Assembly (NCBI GenBank): GCA_963738405.1
Contig: CAVTWJ010000019.1
Location: 42,699 to 106,698, forward strand
Source of the DNA: a candidate division FCPU426 bacterium
Lineage (GTDB): Bacteria; Oederibacteriota; Muellerivitia; Muellerivitales; Muellerivitaceae
Direction of reading: 5' to 3'
DNA length: 64,000 bases
The notes below the pieces were generated by a model. It did no database searches. It saw only the letters and a list, made by a program, of their open reading frames with translations, and was not told the origin of the DNA. This document shows positions 9,046 to 17,175 of the stretch, in pieces. Position 1 is the stretch's first letter, and the number at the start of each line of letters is the position of its first letter. Made by a program: the position numbers and the translations under genes.

Positions 9046-9528
9046 ATGGTTATGTCTTTTTCTTTTCCACTCTTCCGTGAAACCCCTTCGACCTATTCCT
9101 CCTTTCCCCTCAAGGGGATGGTGTATGAAATTTCCCTGAGGGTCCGTCATTCCTCGGATGATTTGAAAGACCTGAAGCAGGCCCAGCGTTTGGTGCAGTC
9201 CCTTTTGAGGGGGGAATTGCTGGGGCTTTACCGCATGCTGGATTTCGTCCTCTGGCCCCAGGGCCTTTTCCTGAGGGTTTCCTTGAAAGAATTTTCCACC
9301 CTTTCCGAATTTCTTAGCTTTCTAAAACGCCAATCCCTGTCGCCCGACCCTTCTTCCGCTTCACTTTGGGACGACGATTTGGAATGGATCCGCATCGTGC
9401 CGCCCGAAAAATTAGATGAATCCACCCGGGGGTTCCTGAATAAGGCCCTTTATCTCAAACACGAACTGCAAACGACGGAGGGTTTCAACCCCAACCTCTT
9501 TTTCTTTTACCGCGATCCTTCCCTTTAG
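9046..9528 (+). CDS. Hypothetical protein resembling a catalytically degenerate IS200/RAYT (Y1 HUH) transposase fold
   Basis: FVLWPQGLFLRV resembles YVLMPDHxHxxV; LSEFLSFLK; SLWDDDLEWIRI resembles LWQxxFxDHxI. No HUH histidines. Confidence 0.45.
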   Translation: MVMSFSFPLFRETPSTYSSFPLKGMVYEISLRVRHSSDDLKDLKQAQRLVQSLLRGELLGLYRMLDFVLWPQGLFLRVSLKEFSTLSEFLSFLKRQSLSPDPSSASLWDDDLEWIRIVPPEKLDESTRGFLNKALYLKHELQTTEGFNPNLFFFYRDPSL

Positions 9529-9555
9529 CCCGCCCTTAACGATCTGGATTCTCCC

Positions 9556-10515
9556 ATGGTGCCGTCCAGCCCCACGCCCCTTCCCTCCTTCACCGATGTG
9601 GATGACGATCCCCGGCAGGTGGAATATCTCGAGATCAGGGTCAAAAGCGCGCTTCACATCGTGCGCCGGCCCTACATGTCCAACCCCTTCACCTATACCC
9701 TCAACCTTTACCGGGGATGCCGCCACGGATGCCCCTATTGTTTCGCCCGCTACACCCATTGGTTTTTGGGTTTCCAGAACTCCTTCGATTTTCAGCGCAA
9801 GATCCAGGTAAAGGTGAATGTCCTGGAAAGGCTGAGGGAAGAGCTGGAAGGCGGAAAATTCGCCAAGCAATGGGTGAGCCTGGGCGCCGCCACCGACCCT
9901 TACCAGCCCGCCGAAAAAAAATACCGCCTGGCCCGGGGCGCCTTCGCGGCTTTGGCCCGCCACGCTTGGCCCGCCGCCTTTTCCACCAAGTCGGACCTGG
10001 TTCTCCGGGACCTGGATGTCTTGAAAGACCTCGCCCTTTCCGCCAACGCGGGAGTGGCCATGACCCTGACCACCCTAGACAAAGACTTAAAGGCCTGGTT
10101 GGAGCCTCACGCTGTTTCAATCGAGAGCCGTTTACGGGCCCTGGAAGTCTTGAAGGCCAACCGCATTCCTTGCGGAATCCACTTGATGCCGGTGATCCCC
10201 TTTTTAACTGATGGGGACGAGGCCCTGGAGTCTATGGTGCGCAAAGCCTCCGAACTGGGAGTCGACTATTTTTATTTCAACGTGCTTCGACTTCGAGGAC
10301 AGGTGGTTCGGGGGTACTTTTTCGAGAGGTTGAAGGTTCAATTTCCCAAGATCTACTGGAAATTAAGAAACCTTTACGGGAGAAACGCCGAAGCCCCCAA
10401 ACCCTACCGTGAAAACCTGTCCGTGAAAATGAAGGCTCTACGAGAAAAATGGAGTGTGAAAAACAGGAAGGATTGGGGCTTCCCGGGGGATCAATTGGAT
10501 TTCTTCGGGGGATAA
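9556..10515 (+). CDS. Radical SAM protein of the spore photoproduct lyase (SplB/Rv2578c-like) family
   Basis: NLYRGCRHGCPYCFAR (CxxxCxxC), ATDPYQPAE, STKSDLVLRDLD, C-terminal QLDFF clamp-binding-like motif. Confidence 0.9.
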   Translation: MVPSSPTPLPSFTDVDDDPRQVEYLEIRVKSALHIVRRPYMSNPFTYTLNLYRGCRHGCPYCFARYTHWFLGFQNSFDFQRKIQVKVNVLERLREELEGGKFAKQWVSLGAATDPYQPAEKKYRLARGAFAALARHAWPAAFSTKSDLVLRDLDVLKDLALSANAGVAMTLTTLDKDLKAWLEPHAVSIESRLRALEVLKANRIPCGIHLMPVIPFLTDGDEALESMVRKASELGVDYFYFNVLRLRGQVVRGYFFERLKVQFPKIYWKLRNLYGRNAEAPKPYRENLSVKMKALREKWSVKNRKDWGFPGDQLDFFGG

Positions 10516-10554
10516 TATTCCTGGGCCCCTTCGGGCCTTTTAATTCTCGCCAAT

Positions 10555-10590
10555 AAAAAAGCCCCTCACTCATTGAAGAGGAGGGGCTTT
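10555..10590. terminator. Intrinsic terminator between the convergent splB-like and NYN genes
   Basis: AAAAAAGCCCCTC...GAGGGGCTTT. Confidence 0.75.
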
Positions 10591-10603
10591 AACATCAAAA
10601 AAA

Positions 10604-11197
10604 CTAAACGCCGTAAGCCAGTTCCTCATCCGCGTTGGAGGGGTCCCGATCTTCATTGCCTTGGGCCGGAGGGAAGATCAAGCCAGCCTGGATCTTGACG
10701 ATGTCTTCCAAGTTCGTCAGCTTGTCGGCGGTGCGGATCATTTCACGGCTTTGCGCGTCTGGAAACACGGCCAGTTCCACATGCTTGCCCAAATCCTTCA
10801 CCAGGCCCATGGCGGGCGAGAAGTCTTGGTCTTCGGTAACCACGATAGCGGTGTCGTAAAAATCCCGGGCGGCGTAATAAACCATGTCGGCGGCCATGCG
10901 GACATCCACGCCCTTCTCCATGCGGTGGCCCTCCCGGTTTTGGATGATGCGCCCCAAGCGCAGTTCCAGGTAGGGAGTTCGATCCAAGGAGTCGAAAAAG
11001 GACTGTTGACTCTTGGCCTTGTCGGAGAAATGGGTCGAGTCGAAAACCGCGTTATAGTAGAAAGTACGCACAAGCTTTCTCTTTTCGCCCGCCAGGGCCA
11101 GCGAAAATTGGTAATAATCCACCCGCGTCATTTTGTTGTTCCGTTTGAGCGCGAAATAGAGATTGCTGCCGTCGATAAAAACGCATACACGAGACAT
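10604..11197 (-). CDS. NYN domain (LabA/DUF88, PIN-like) protein
   Basis: VFIDGSNL, EKGVDV and DQDFSP motifs. Confidence 0.92.
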   Translation of the reverse strand: MSRVCVFIDGSNLYFALKRNNKMTRVDYYQFSLALAGEKRKLVRTFYYNAVFDSTHFSDKAKSQQSFFDSLDRTPYLELRLGRIIQNREGHRMEKGVDVRMAADMVYYAARDFYDTAIVVTEDQDFSPAMGLVKDLGKHVELAVFPDAQSREMIRTADKLTNLEDIVKIQAGLIFPPAQGNEDRDPSNADEELAYGV

Positions 11198-11339
11198 AAA
11201 GATTCTCCTTCATTTTTCAATCCACCCTGATGATCCAGAGTTTTATACCGTACTCTCCCGCTTATACAGGCGCAAGGGGCGTCCCTAAATATTTCTATCA
11301 AAAATAATCACAATGAATTAAACACTTTTTTATTTTTAG

Positions 11340-11903
11340 TTACTTAAATTTTATGGGATTTTCCATTTTGAACAATTCGAGGTATTGGAAAGCGGCGACC
11401 ACCAGGGCGTGCCGGATCTTCCCGGACCTGATCATGGAAGGAATCGCGTCCAGGTCCACTTCGCTCACTTCCAACTCCTCGGCATCGTCCAGTTTCAGGT
11501 CCGCCACCTTCCGGGCCCCCAAGGCTAGATAGAGATAGCAGCTGTTATCCAGAATCGCCGGATTGGGGTAGGTTTCGCCGATGAGATGCCATTCCGCGGC
11601 TTCATGTCCCGTTTCCTCCAACAGCTCCCTTTTCGCGGCCACCAGGGGCTGAAGGTCCCGGGCGTCCACCGCCCCTCCGGGAATTTCCAGGCTGAAATCC
11701 TGCTTACCGTGCCGGAATTGGTTCACCAACAACACTTTCCGTTCAGGGGTGAGGGCGACGATGTTGGTCCAGGAATGGGTCGCGAAAACATAAAAGGGAT
11801 GCTCCACACCCGTGAGGGGGGAAGCGCTCTGCCGCACCAAAACCTTGAAGTAACCGCAGTCATAAGCCACCTTCTCACCCAGTAGTTTCCAAGGTTCGAT
11901 CAT
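11340..11903 (-). CDS. NUDIX hydrolase (ADP-ribose pyrophosphatase-like)
   Basis: Nudix box PGGAVD...AAKRELLEETG. Confidence 0.92.
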   Translation of the reverse strand: MIEPWKLLGEKVAYDCGYFKVLVRQSASPLTGVEHPFYVFATHSWTNIVALTPERKVLLVNQFRHGKQDFSLEIPGGAVDARDLQPLVAAKRELLEETGHEAAEWHLIGETYPNPAILDNSCYLYLALGARKVADLKLDDAEELEVSEVDLDAIPSMIRSGKIRHALVVAAFQYLELFKMENPIKFK

Positions 11904-13087
11904 TTTTTTCCTTTTTGATGTTTATGTTTTTTGTGCTTGTCCTTTTTCTTATGCTTCTTTTTATCTTTTTGGTCCTTCTGCTTTTTGGATTTTTTTACGG
12001 TTTTCTTTCGGGCCGCTGTCTTGGCCGCCACTGGTTTTGCGGCCGACAGGCCGCCGCCTGACAAGCGGATGCCTGACATGAAAACGGCGTGAACCCCCTC
12101 GTCGGTCGCGGCTTTGACGATGGGCAGGCCAAAGTTGACGACGTAAAGTTTTTGGGCCTTGGCCGCCACGGGCTTGGGAAGCTGGGGCCCGTCACCCGCC
12201 GAGCAATTCAAAACCGCCTGCCGGGGGTTGCGGATTCCCGGGATGGTGGTGGAGACTTCAGGATAGGCCAGTGTCCACTTGAGGGCGGCCTCCCCCAGTG
12301 TCATTTTCTTTCCCTGCAGGAATTTTAGTTTTTCCACTTTTTTAAGCGCGGTCTTGAGGTTCTCGCCTTGGTAAAGCCTTGCGCGATGGTCATCCCCCGC
12401 AAACCGGGTTTTGAGGTTGAACCTTCCGCTCAAGGCGCCGAAGGCCAGGGGAACCCGGGCGATGATTCCCACCCCGTATTGTCCCGCCAGGGGAAAAACC
12501 TTCCGGATCGGATCCTGGTAGAACAGGTTGAAGAAGATTTGGAGCGTATCGACCTGCCTCCATCGGATAAGGTCGTTGGCTTCGTCGCTTCCCTTGTCCC
12601 TGAGGGAAATTCCAAAGGCCTGGATCTTGCCGTCCCTTTTTAATTTTGCCACCGCCGACAGCAGGGGTTCGCTTTGGGCATTCCATTGGGTGCTCCAAGT
12701 GTGCAGCTGCTGAACCTGCAGGCATTCCACCCCAAGGTTCTTGAGGGATTCCTCGGTTTTGGAAATAACCCAATCGGCGGGGAAGGCTTCGGAAAGAGGC
12801 GTTCCCGGCTTGACATCCCACTGGCAATTCTTGGGGGGAATCTTGGAGGCAAGGACTGGTTTTTCGGACCGGTCCCTTAAGACGGAAGCGATCAGTTTTT
12901 CGCTGTGTCCGTCTCCATAGACGAGGGCCGTATCGATAAACTGACAGCCCATGTCCAGGGCCTGATGCAGGGCCAACCGTGAATCGGTGTCGTCCTGGGG
13001 CCCCCACATGGAGCCCCCGATGGCCCAAGCTCCGAAGCCGATTTCACTGACTTGTAAACCCGTGTTTCCTAAGGCGCGGTAACGCAT
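11900..13087 (-). CDS. Aldo/keto reductase with a Lys/His-rich C-terminal tail
   Basis: GFGAWAIGG, DTALVYGDGHSE, TIPGIRNP; basic tail. Confidence 0.92.
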   Translation of the reverse strand: MRYRALGNTGLQVSEIGFGAWAIGGSMWGPQDDTDSRLALHQALDMGCQFIDTALVYGDGHSEKLIASVLRDRSEKPVLASKIPPKNCQWDVKPGTPLSEAFPADWVISKTEESLKNLGVECLQVQQLHTWSTQWNAQSEPLLSAVAKLKRDGKIQAFGISLRDKGSDEANDLIRWRQVDTLQIFFNLFYQDPIRKVFPLAGQYGVGIIARVPLAFGALSGRFNLKTRFAGDDHRARLYQGENLKTALKKVEKLKFLQGKKMTLGEAALKWTLAYPEVSTTIPGIRNPRQAVLNCSAGDGPQLPKPVAAKAQKLYVVNFGLPIVKAATDEGVHAVFMSGIRLSGGGLSAAKPVAAKTAARKKTVKKSKKQKDQKDKKKHKKKDKHKKHKHQKGKK

Positions 13088-13205
13088 GGATTCCCTCCCT
13101 GACTTTTCCAGTAAACAGGCATTAAATAAAATGACACTTTTGAATAGGGCAAAGATGTTGTCGGCTTATTCTTTTCGTTAGGTGGGGAAAAAACAAGTGG
13201 AACGG

Positions 13206-14312
13206 CTATGGAAGCGCTTTGTGCCTTCGAACGGGTTTTTCCTGGGGGAGGTAGACTTCCCGGTAAATGGCCAGGAAAGCCAGCCCCAGGGCCAGGATAA
13301 TGGGCCCAAGAAAAATGCCTAAAAGCCCGTAAACCTTCAGTCCGCCGATGGTGGTAAAGAAAAGCCAAAAGGCTGAAATTTTCGCCTCGTTGCCGATGAG
13401 CCAGGGGCGCAAAATTTGATCCAGCACCGTCAAAACGATCCCCCAAAGCAACAGCCCCACGAAAGGGCCGATCATCCCCTGGTATAAAAGCCAAACGCAG
13501 GAAGGGATCCAAACCGAAGCCGCCCCCAGGAATGGGATGAAGGCATTGATGAAAGCCACGAGCCCCAAGAGAATCGGAATGGGCATTCCCACCACCACGA
13601 AACCAAGCCCTGCCAGGAAGCCCTGCAGGATGGAGGAAAGGAAAATAGCCCTGACCACCGCGGTCACCGTGACCGAAAAAACATGAACCATCTTGTCCCG
13701 GTGCTTCGCCTCCATGGGCAAAAACTCAATGGTTTTCAATGCCAGCCGTGAACCGTCCCGGAAGAAGAAAAACAAGGCGACGGTGGTGAAGATAATTTCC
13801 AGCAGAAGGCTCGCAAGGTTTCGGATGACATAAGAGACCTTGTCCAAAATCATATCCGAAAGGCTCTGCATCAAGTTGGCCATTTCCCTTAAAAGGCCCG
13901 CCTCGGCCTGGGGATTATCCAGCCCCATCGCGCTTAAGAGCGGCCCAAAGTTCCATGTTTTCAATTGAGTCAAAAGCCATAGGCTTTTTTCGTCCCAATG
14001 GGTGGTGGATAAAAAGGTATAGGCCCAGTGAAGCTCAGGCCCCAAATAGAGGACAACAAAAAAACCGGGAAGGGCCAGGATCCCCAAGACGACCAGGGTG
14101 GACAACAGGGCCGAAAGATTCACCCGGCCCCTGGTCCATCGAAGGAAAAAAGAAAAGACCGGATAAAAAACCATCACCAGAATGGTCGCCCAGACGAAGG
14201 AACGCAAAAAGGGCTCAAGGATGGTGAAAAGAAGGCTCAAGAGAAAAATCAACAGCACGAAAAAGGCCACCACGAAGATGTTTTGCCGGGAAATTTGAAA
14301 TTGAGGGATCAT
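13206..14312 (-). CDS. AI-2E family transporter
   Basis: Multiple TM helices; FFFFRDG, IPFLGA, GIFLGP. Confidence 0.9.
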   Translation of the reverse strand: MIPQFQISRQNIFVVAFFVLLIFLLSLLFTILEPFLRSFVWATILVMVFYPVFSFFLRWTRGRVNLSALLSTLVVLGILALPGFFVVLYLGPELHWAYTFLSTTHWDEKSLWLLTQLKTWNFGPLLSAMGLDNPQAEAGLLREMANLMQSLSDMILDKVSYVIRNLASLLLEIIFTTVALFFFFRDGSRLALKTIEFLPMEAKHRDKMVHVFSVTVTAVVRAIFLSSILQGFLAGLGFVVVGMPIPILLGLVAFINAFIPFLGAASVWIPSCVWLLYQGMIGPFVGLLLWGIVLTVLDQILRPWLIGNEAKISAFWLFFTTIGGLKVYGLLGIFLGPIILALGLAFLAIYREVYLPQEKPVRRHKALP

Positions 14313-14461
14313 GATGGCCTTGAGTCGTATGGGTTTAACGGGTAAGTCTTTTCTTAGGCGGGGTTATTCTATCTAAAAAGGATAAGGACGCTAAAAAGAT
14401 TCGTCCCTACCCGCACATTTGCTTGTAACCGCCTCCCCAAAAAACGGATAATCTTTGAACA

Positions 14462-15097
14462 ATGCCCCGCAAACCAAAGAAAACCACAGCTCTCCCCCTC
14501 TTCGCTCCCGGCTTTTGGCCCCAAGCCCTGACGGAAGCCTGGGCCCTTATCTTTTTTTCATGCGCTTTCGCCCTTCTCTTCAACGCCTTTTACCCGGACG
14601 GCATTGAATTGAAGTACAAGGAACCCAAGAAAATTTACCTAATGGATTTTTTGGTTCAAAAGGCAGTCCAGGAAAAATCCGCGACCCAGGCCCCCGTGAA
14701 AAACCACAACTCCCAATCTTCTTCCAATGCCGGTTCTCTTCCCCCCAGTGATTCCATCCCCCGCTTGAGCCTGGTGGGAGCTAAGTTGAAGTTCGACAAA
14801 AAGAAATCGGTTTTCTTGGACGCCCGAAAGAACGAGGAATACCAGGCAGGGCATATCCCCGGGGCCTATAACCTCTTTTCGGAGGATCTGGATCAGGATG
14901 CTCCCAAGGTTCTTCCCCTTATCCCTGACAAAGACCAGGATATCGTCTGCTATTGCCATGGCGGGGACTGCGACATGGCCCTTCGCGACGCACGGTTTTT
15001 AATGGATCAGGGTTATACCCACGTGGAAGTTTACCTTGGCGGATGGCCCGAATGGAGCAAGGTCGGCTATCCGACGGCGAAGGGGGAAAACCCGTGA
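14462..15097 (+). CDS. Membrane-anchored rhodanese-like protein
   Basis: LDAR...GHIPGA...YCHGGDC...GGWPEW; one N-terminal TM helix. Confidence 0.88.
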   Translation: MPRKPKKTTALPLFAPGFWPQALTEAWALIFFSCAFALLFNAFYPDGIELKYKEPKKIYLMDFLVQKAVQEKSATQAPVKNHNSQSSSNAGSLPPSDSIPRLSLVGAKLKFDKKKSVFLDARKNEEYQAGHIPGAYNLFSEDLDQDAPKVLPLIPDKDQDIVCYCHGGDCDMALRDARFLMDQGYTHVEVYLGGWPEWSKVGYPTAKGENP

Positions 15098-15633
15098 ACC
15101 TCGCCAAAATCATGACCGACCCGGGTCTTTGCGCCGTTTGCGCTATGCTTCTGGCTCTCTGGGTTTGGGTCCATCGCGCGAATGTAAAGACGCCCTTTGA
15201 CGGCGAAAAAGCTCTCATGACCCTTTTTCGAATTTTCTGCGGGTTCCTTCTTGTTTACTCCACCCGGGACAAACTGCTGGACCCGGCACACTTTCTCACC
15301 GAGGTGGATGACTATCACTTTTTGCCAAGCCAGCTGGTACCCCTGGCAGCGGCAGTGATTCCCTGGATCGAGTTTTTTTCAGGCGCGGCCCTGATGCTGG
15401 GGTTTGCCTGGCGGGGAGGGGCGGTAGTCTTTTGCCTCTTGATGGTCATTTATAGCGATGCCATCAGCTGGGCCTTCGTGCGGGGGCTGGATATCGGCTG
15501 CGGCTGCGGCCTGGCCGACCCTTCAGAAAAAATCACCTGGTTGACCGTTTTTCGGGACCTGCTGTTTCTGGTTTTAGGGCTGGCGGTGCTTTTTTCGCCC
15601 TCAACCTACGTTTCCTTCAACAAGAAAAAATAA
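15094..15633 (+). CDS. MauE/DoxX family redox-associated membrane protein
   Basis: PWIE, RGLDIGCGCG, RDL motifs; GTG start overlaps the rhodanese stop (GTGA). Confidence 0.85.
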   Translation: MNLAKIMTDPGLCAVCAMLLALWVWVHRANVKTPFDGEKALMTLFRIFCGFLLVYSTRDKLLDPAHFLTEVDDYHFLPSQLVPLAAAVIPWIEFFSGAALMLGFAWRGGAVVFCLLMVIYSDAISWAFVRGLDIGCGCGLADPSEKITWLTVFRDLLFLVLGLAVLFSPSTYVSFNKKK

Positions 15634-15636
15634 GAA

Positions 15637-17079
15637 CTATTCAAATTCTTTCAAAATGGCCTTGGCCCTTTCTTTTTCAAGGGCCGTGGCGGTGGGGCGT
15701 TTTACAAATTCCTTCATTAACTTTTTTCCCTCTTCCGCCCGGCCGCTTTGGCTCAAGGCCAAGGAAAGGTTAAGGGTCAGGGAAAAGGTCAGGGGGGATG
15801 GTTCTTTTTGCAGCAGTTGGATCAGGGCCTCCCGGTTTCCTCTCCGGCCAAGTTCCGAACTGTAGTAAAGAAGAATTTCCTCGTTGTGGGGGGTGCGTTT
15901 AAGGGCTTCTTGCAGGGTTTCCTCAGCTTCCTTCCATTGATCTTTTTCCGCCAGGGCCTGGGCGATCACCAAAAGGGGGGCCGAAAGATTCGGATGATCC
16001 TTCGCCAACTCTTTTAGCCAATCCAATCCCTCGTCCCAGCGGTCGCTCTCGCGGAAGAAAAAAAACAATTGGCGCAAAACCTCAAGCCGTCCCGGGTCCA
16101 ATTTGACCGCGGTTTGGATCTCATCCCAAGCCAGGTCAATTTCGTCCTGGGCCAGGTAAGTCTTGAAAAGATTCAGGTGCCCCAATGCCGATTGGGGGTG
16201 CTCGTCCAAATACTCGCAAAGTGATTTTTCCGCCTCGGCGAAACGCCCAGCTTGGAGATGGACAATGCCAAGCCCAAGCCGCAGTTCGGGCGGTGGGGCG
16301 GGGCCTCGGGAGGCCTTCTCAAAACAGGTTTGCGCCAGCCCGAGCAAGGAATCGCTCAAAAGGCGCCAGCCCAGTCCCATCAACCGTCCGGAATGACTTT
16401 CTTTTTCTAAAATTTCCCCCATTTTTTTCTCATAGTCGGCCCGCTTCACGAAAAGGGCCGTTTCCTTGCCCTTGGCGTCTTCTCCTTCCAAAACAAAAAG
16501 CTCGCCCATGTTCACCAGCTGTTCCACCACGAAGTGATCCCCCGGAAGAAGTCTCAGGGCTTCCCAATAGGCCTCGGCGGCTTTTTCCTTGGCCCCCTGG
16601 GCCTGGTAGGTCCGGCCCAGATTGCTGTAGATCCATCCCGCCTCCGGGGCCATGCGAAGGGCCTGTTTATAGAAAGATTCGCTCTTTTCCAATTCACCCG
16701 TCGCGCGGAAACAAAAACCCAACTGAAAACAAGTCAGGGGGCATTCGGGGTCGATATTGAGGACTTCCACAAGCCTGGGAATGGCTTCCGCCACACGGCC
16801 CGAGGCGAAATAGGGATTCACTTCCATCAGCTTGGGCCATTTACGCGTGAAGAGTTGAAAAAGATAGGCTCCCGGAACCTTGGGCACGGCCTCCAAAAGC
16901 GCTTCCATAACCCGTGCCCCTTCGTTGAAGTCATAGCCCTTTTCTTTCGCCGTTTCTTCCTTATGAAGCCAAACGGGAACATGCTGGGGCAAGTGGTGAA
17001 ACTGGGCGAGCGCCTTGGGAAGGGTGATAAAGCTGATCTCCGGGGGCACATGCTCAAACGGCTTGGAAGACTGGGTCAC
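15637..17079 (-). CDS. Tetratricopeptide repeat protein
   Basis: Multiple TPR-like helix pairs. GTG 17079 is preferred because the longer ORF overlaps the divergent GH gene. Confidence 0.8.
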   Translation of the reverse strand: MTQSSKPFEHVPPEISFITLPKALAQFHHLPQHVPVWLHKEETAKEKGYDFNEGARVMEALLEAVPKVPGAYLFQLFTRKWPKLMEVNPYFASGRVAEAIPRLVEVLNIDPECPLTCFQLGFCFRATGELEKSESFYKQALRMAPEAGWIYSNLGRTYQAQGAKEKAAEAYWEALRLLPGDHFVVEQLVNMGELFVLEGEDAKGKETALFVKRADYEKKMGEILEKESHSGRLMGLGWRLLSDSLLGLAQTCFEKASRGPAPPPELRLGLGIVHLQAGRFAEAEKSLCEYLDEHPQSALGHLNLFKTYLAQDEIDLAWDEIQTAVKLDPGRLEVLRQLFFFFRESDRWDEGLDWLKELAKDHPNLSAPLLVIAQALAEKDQWKEAEETLQEALKRTPHNEEILLYYSSELGRRGNREALIQLLQKEPSPLTFSLTLNLSLALSQSGRAEEGKKLMKEFVKRPTATALEKERAKAILKEFE

Positions 17080-17175
17080 GAGAGCCTCATGAAAAAATGA
17101 AAATATTCCCCTAGGAATAAGGGGTTTTATTCTAGCATGTCCCCTCGATGGGGTTTCAATACCGGGAGGGAACGA

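Noticed and set aside
9046..9528. Active IS200/IS605 insertion sequence
   Set aside because: No HUH histidines or catalytic Tyr, no tnpB and no clear IS ends.
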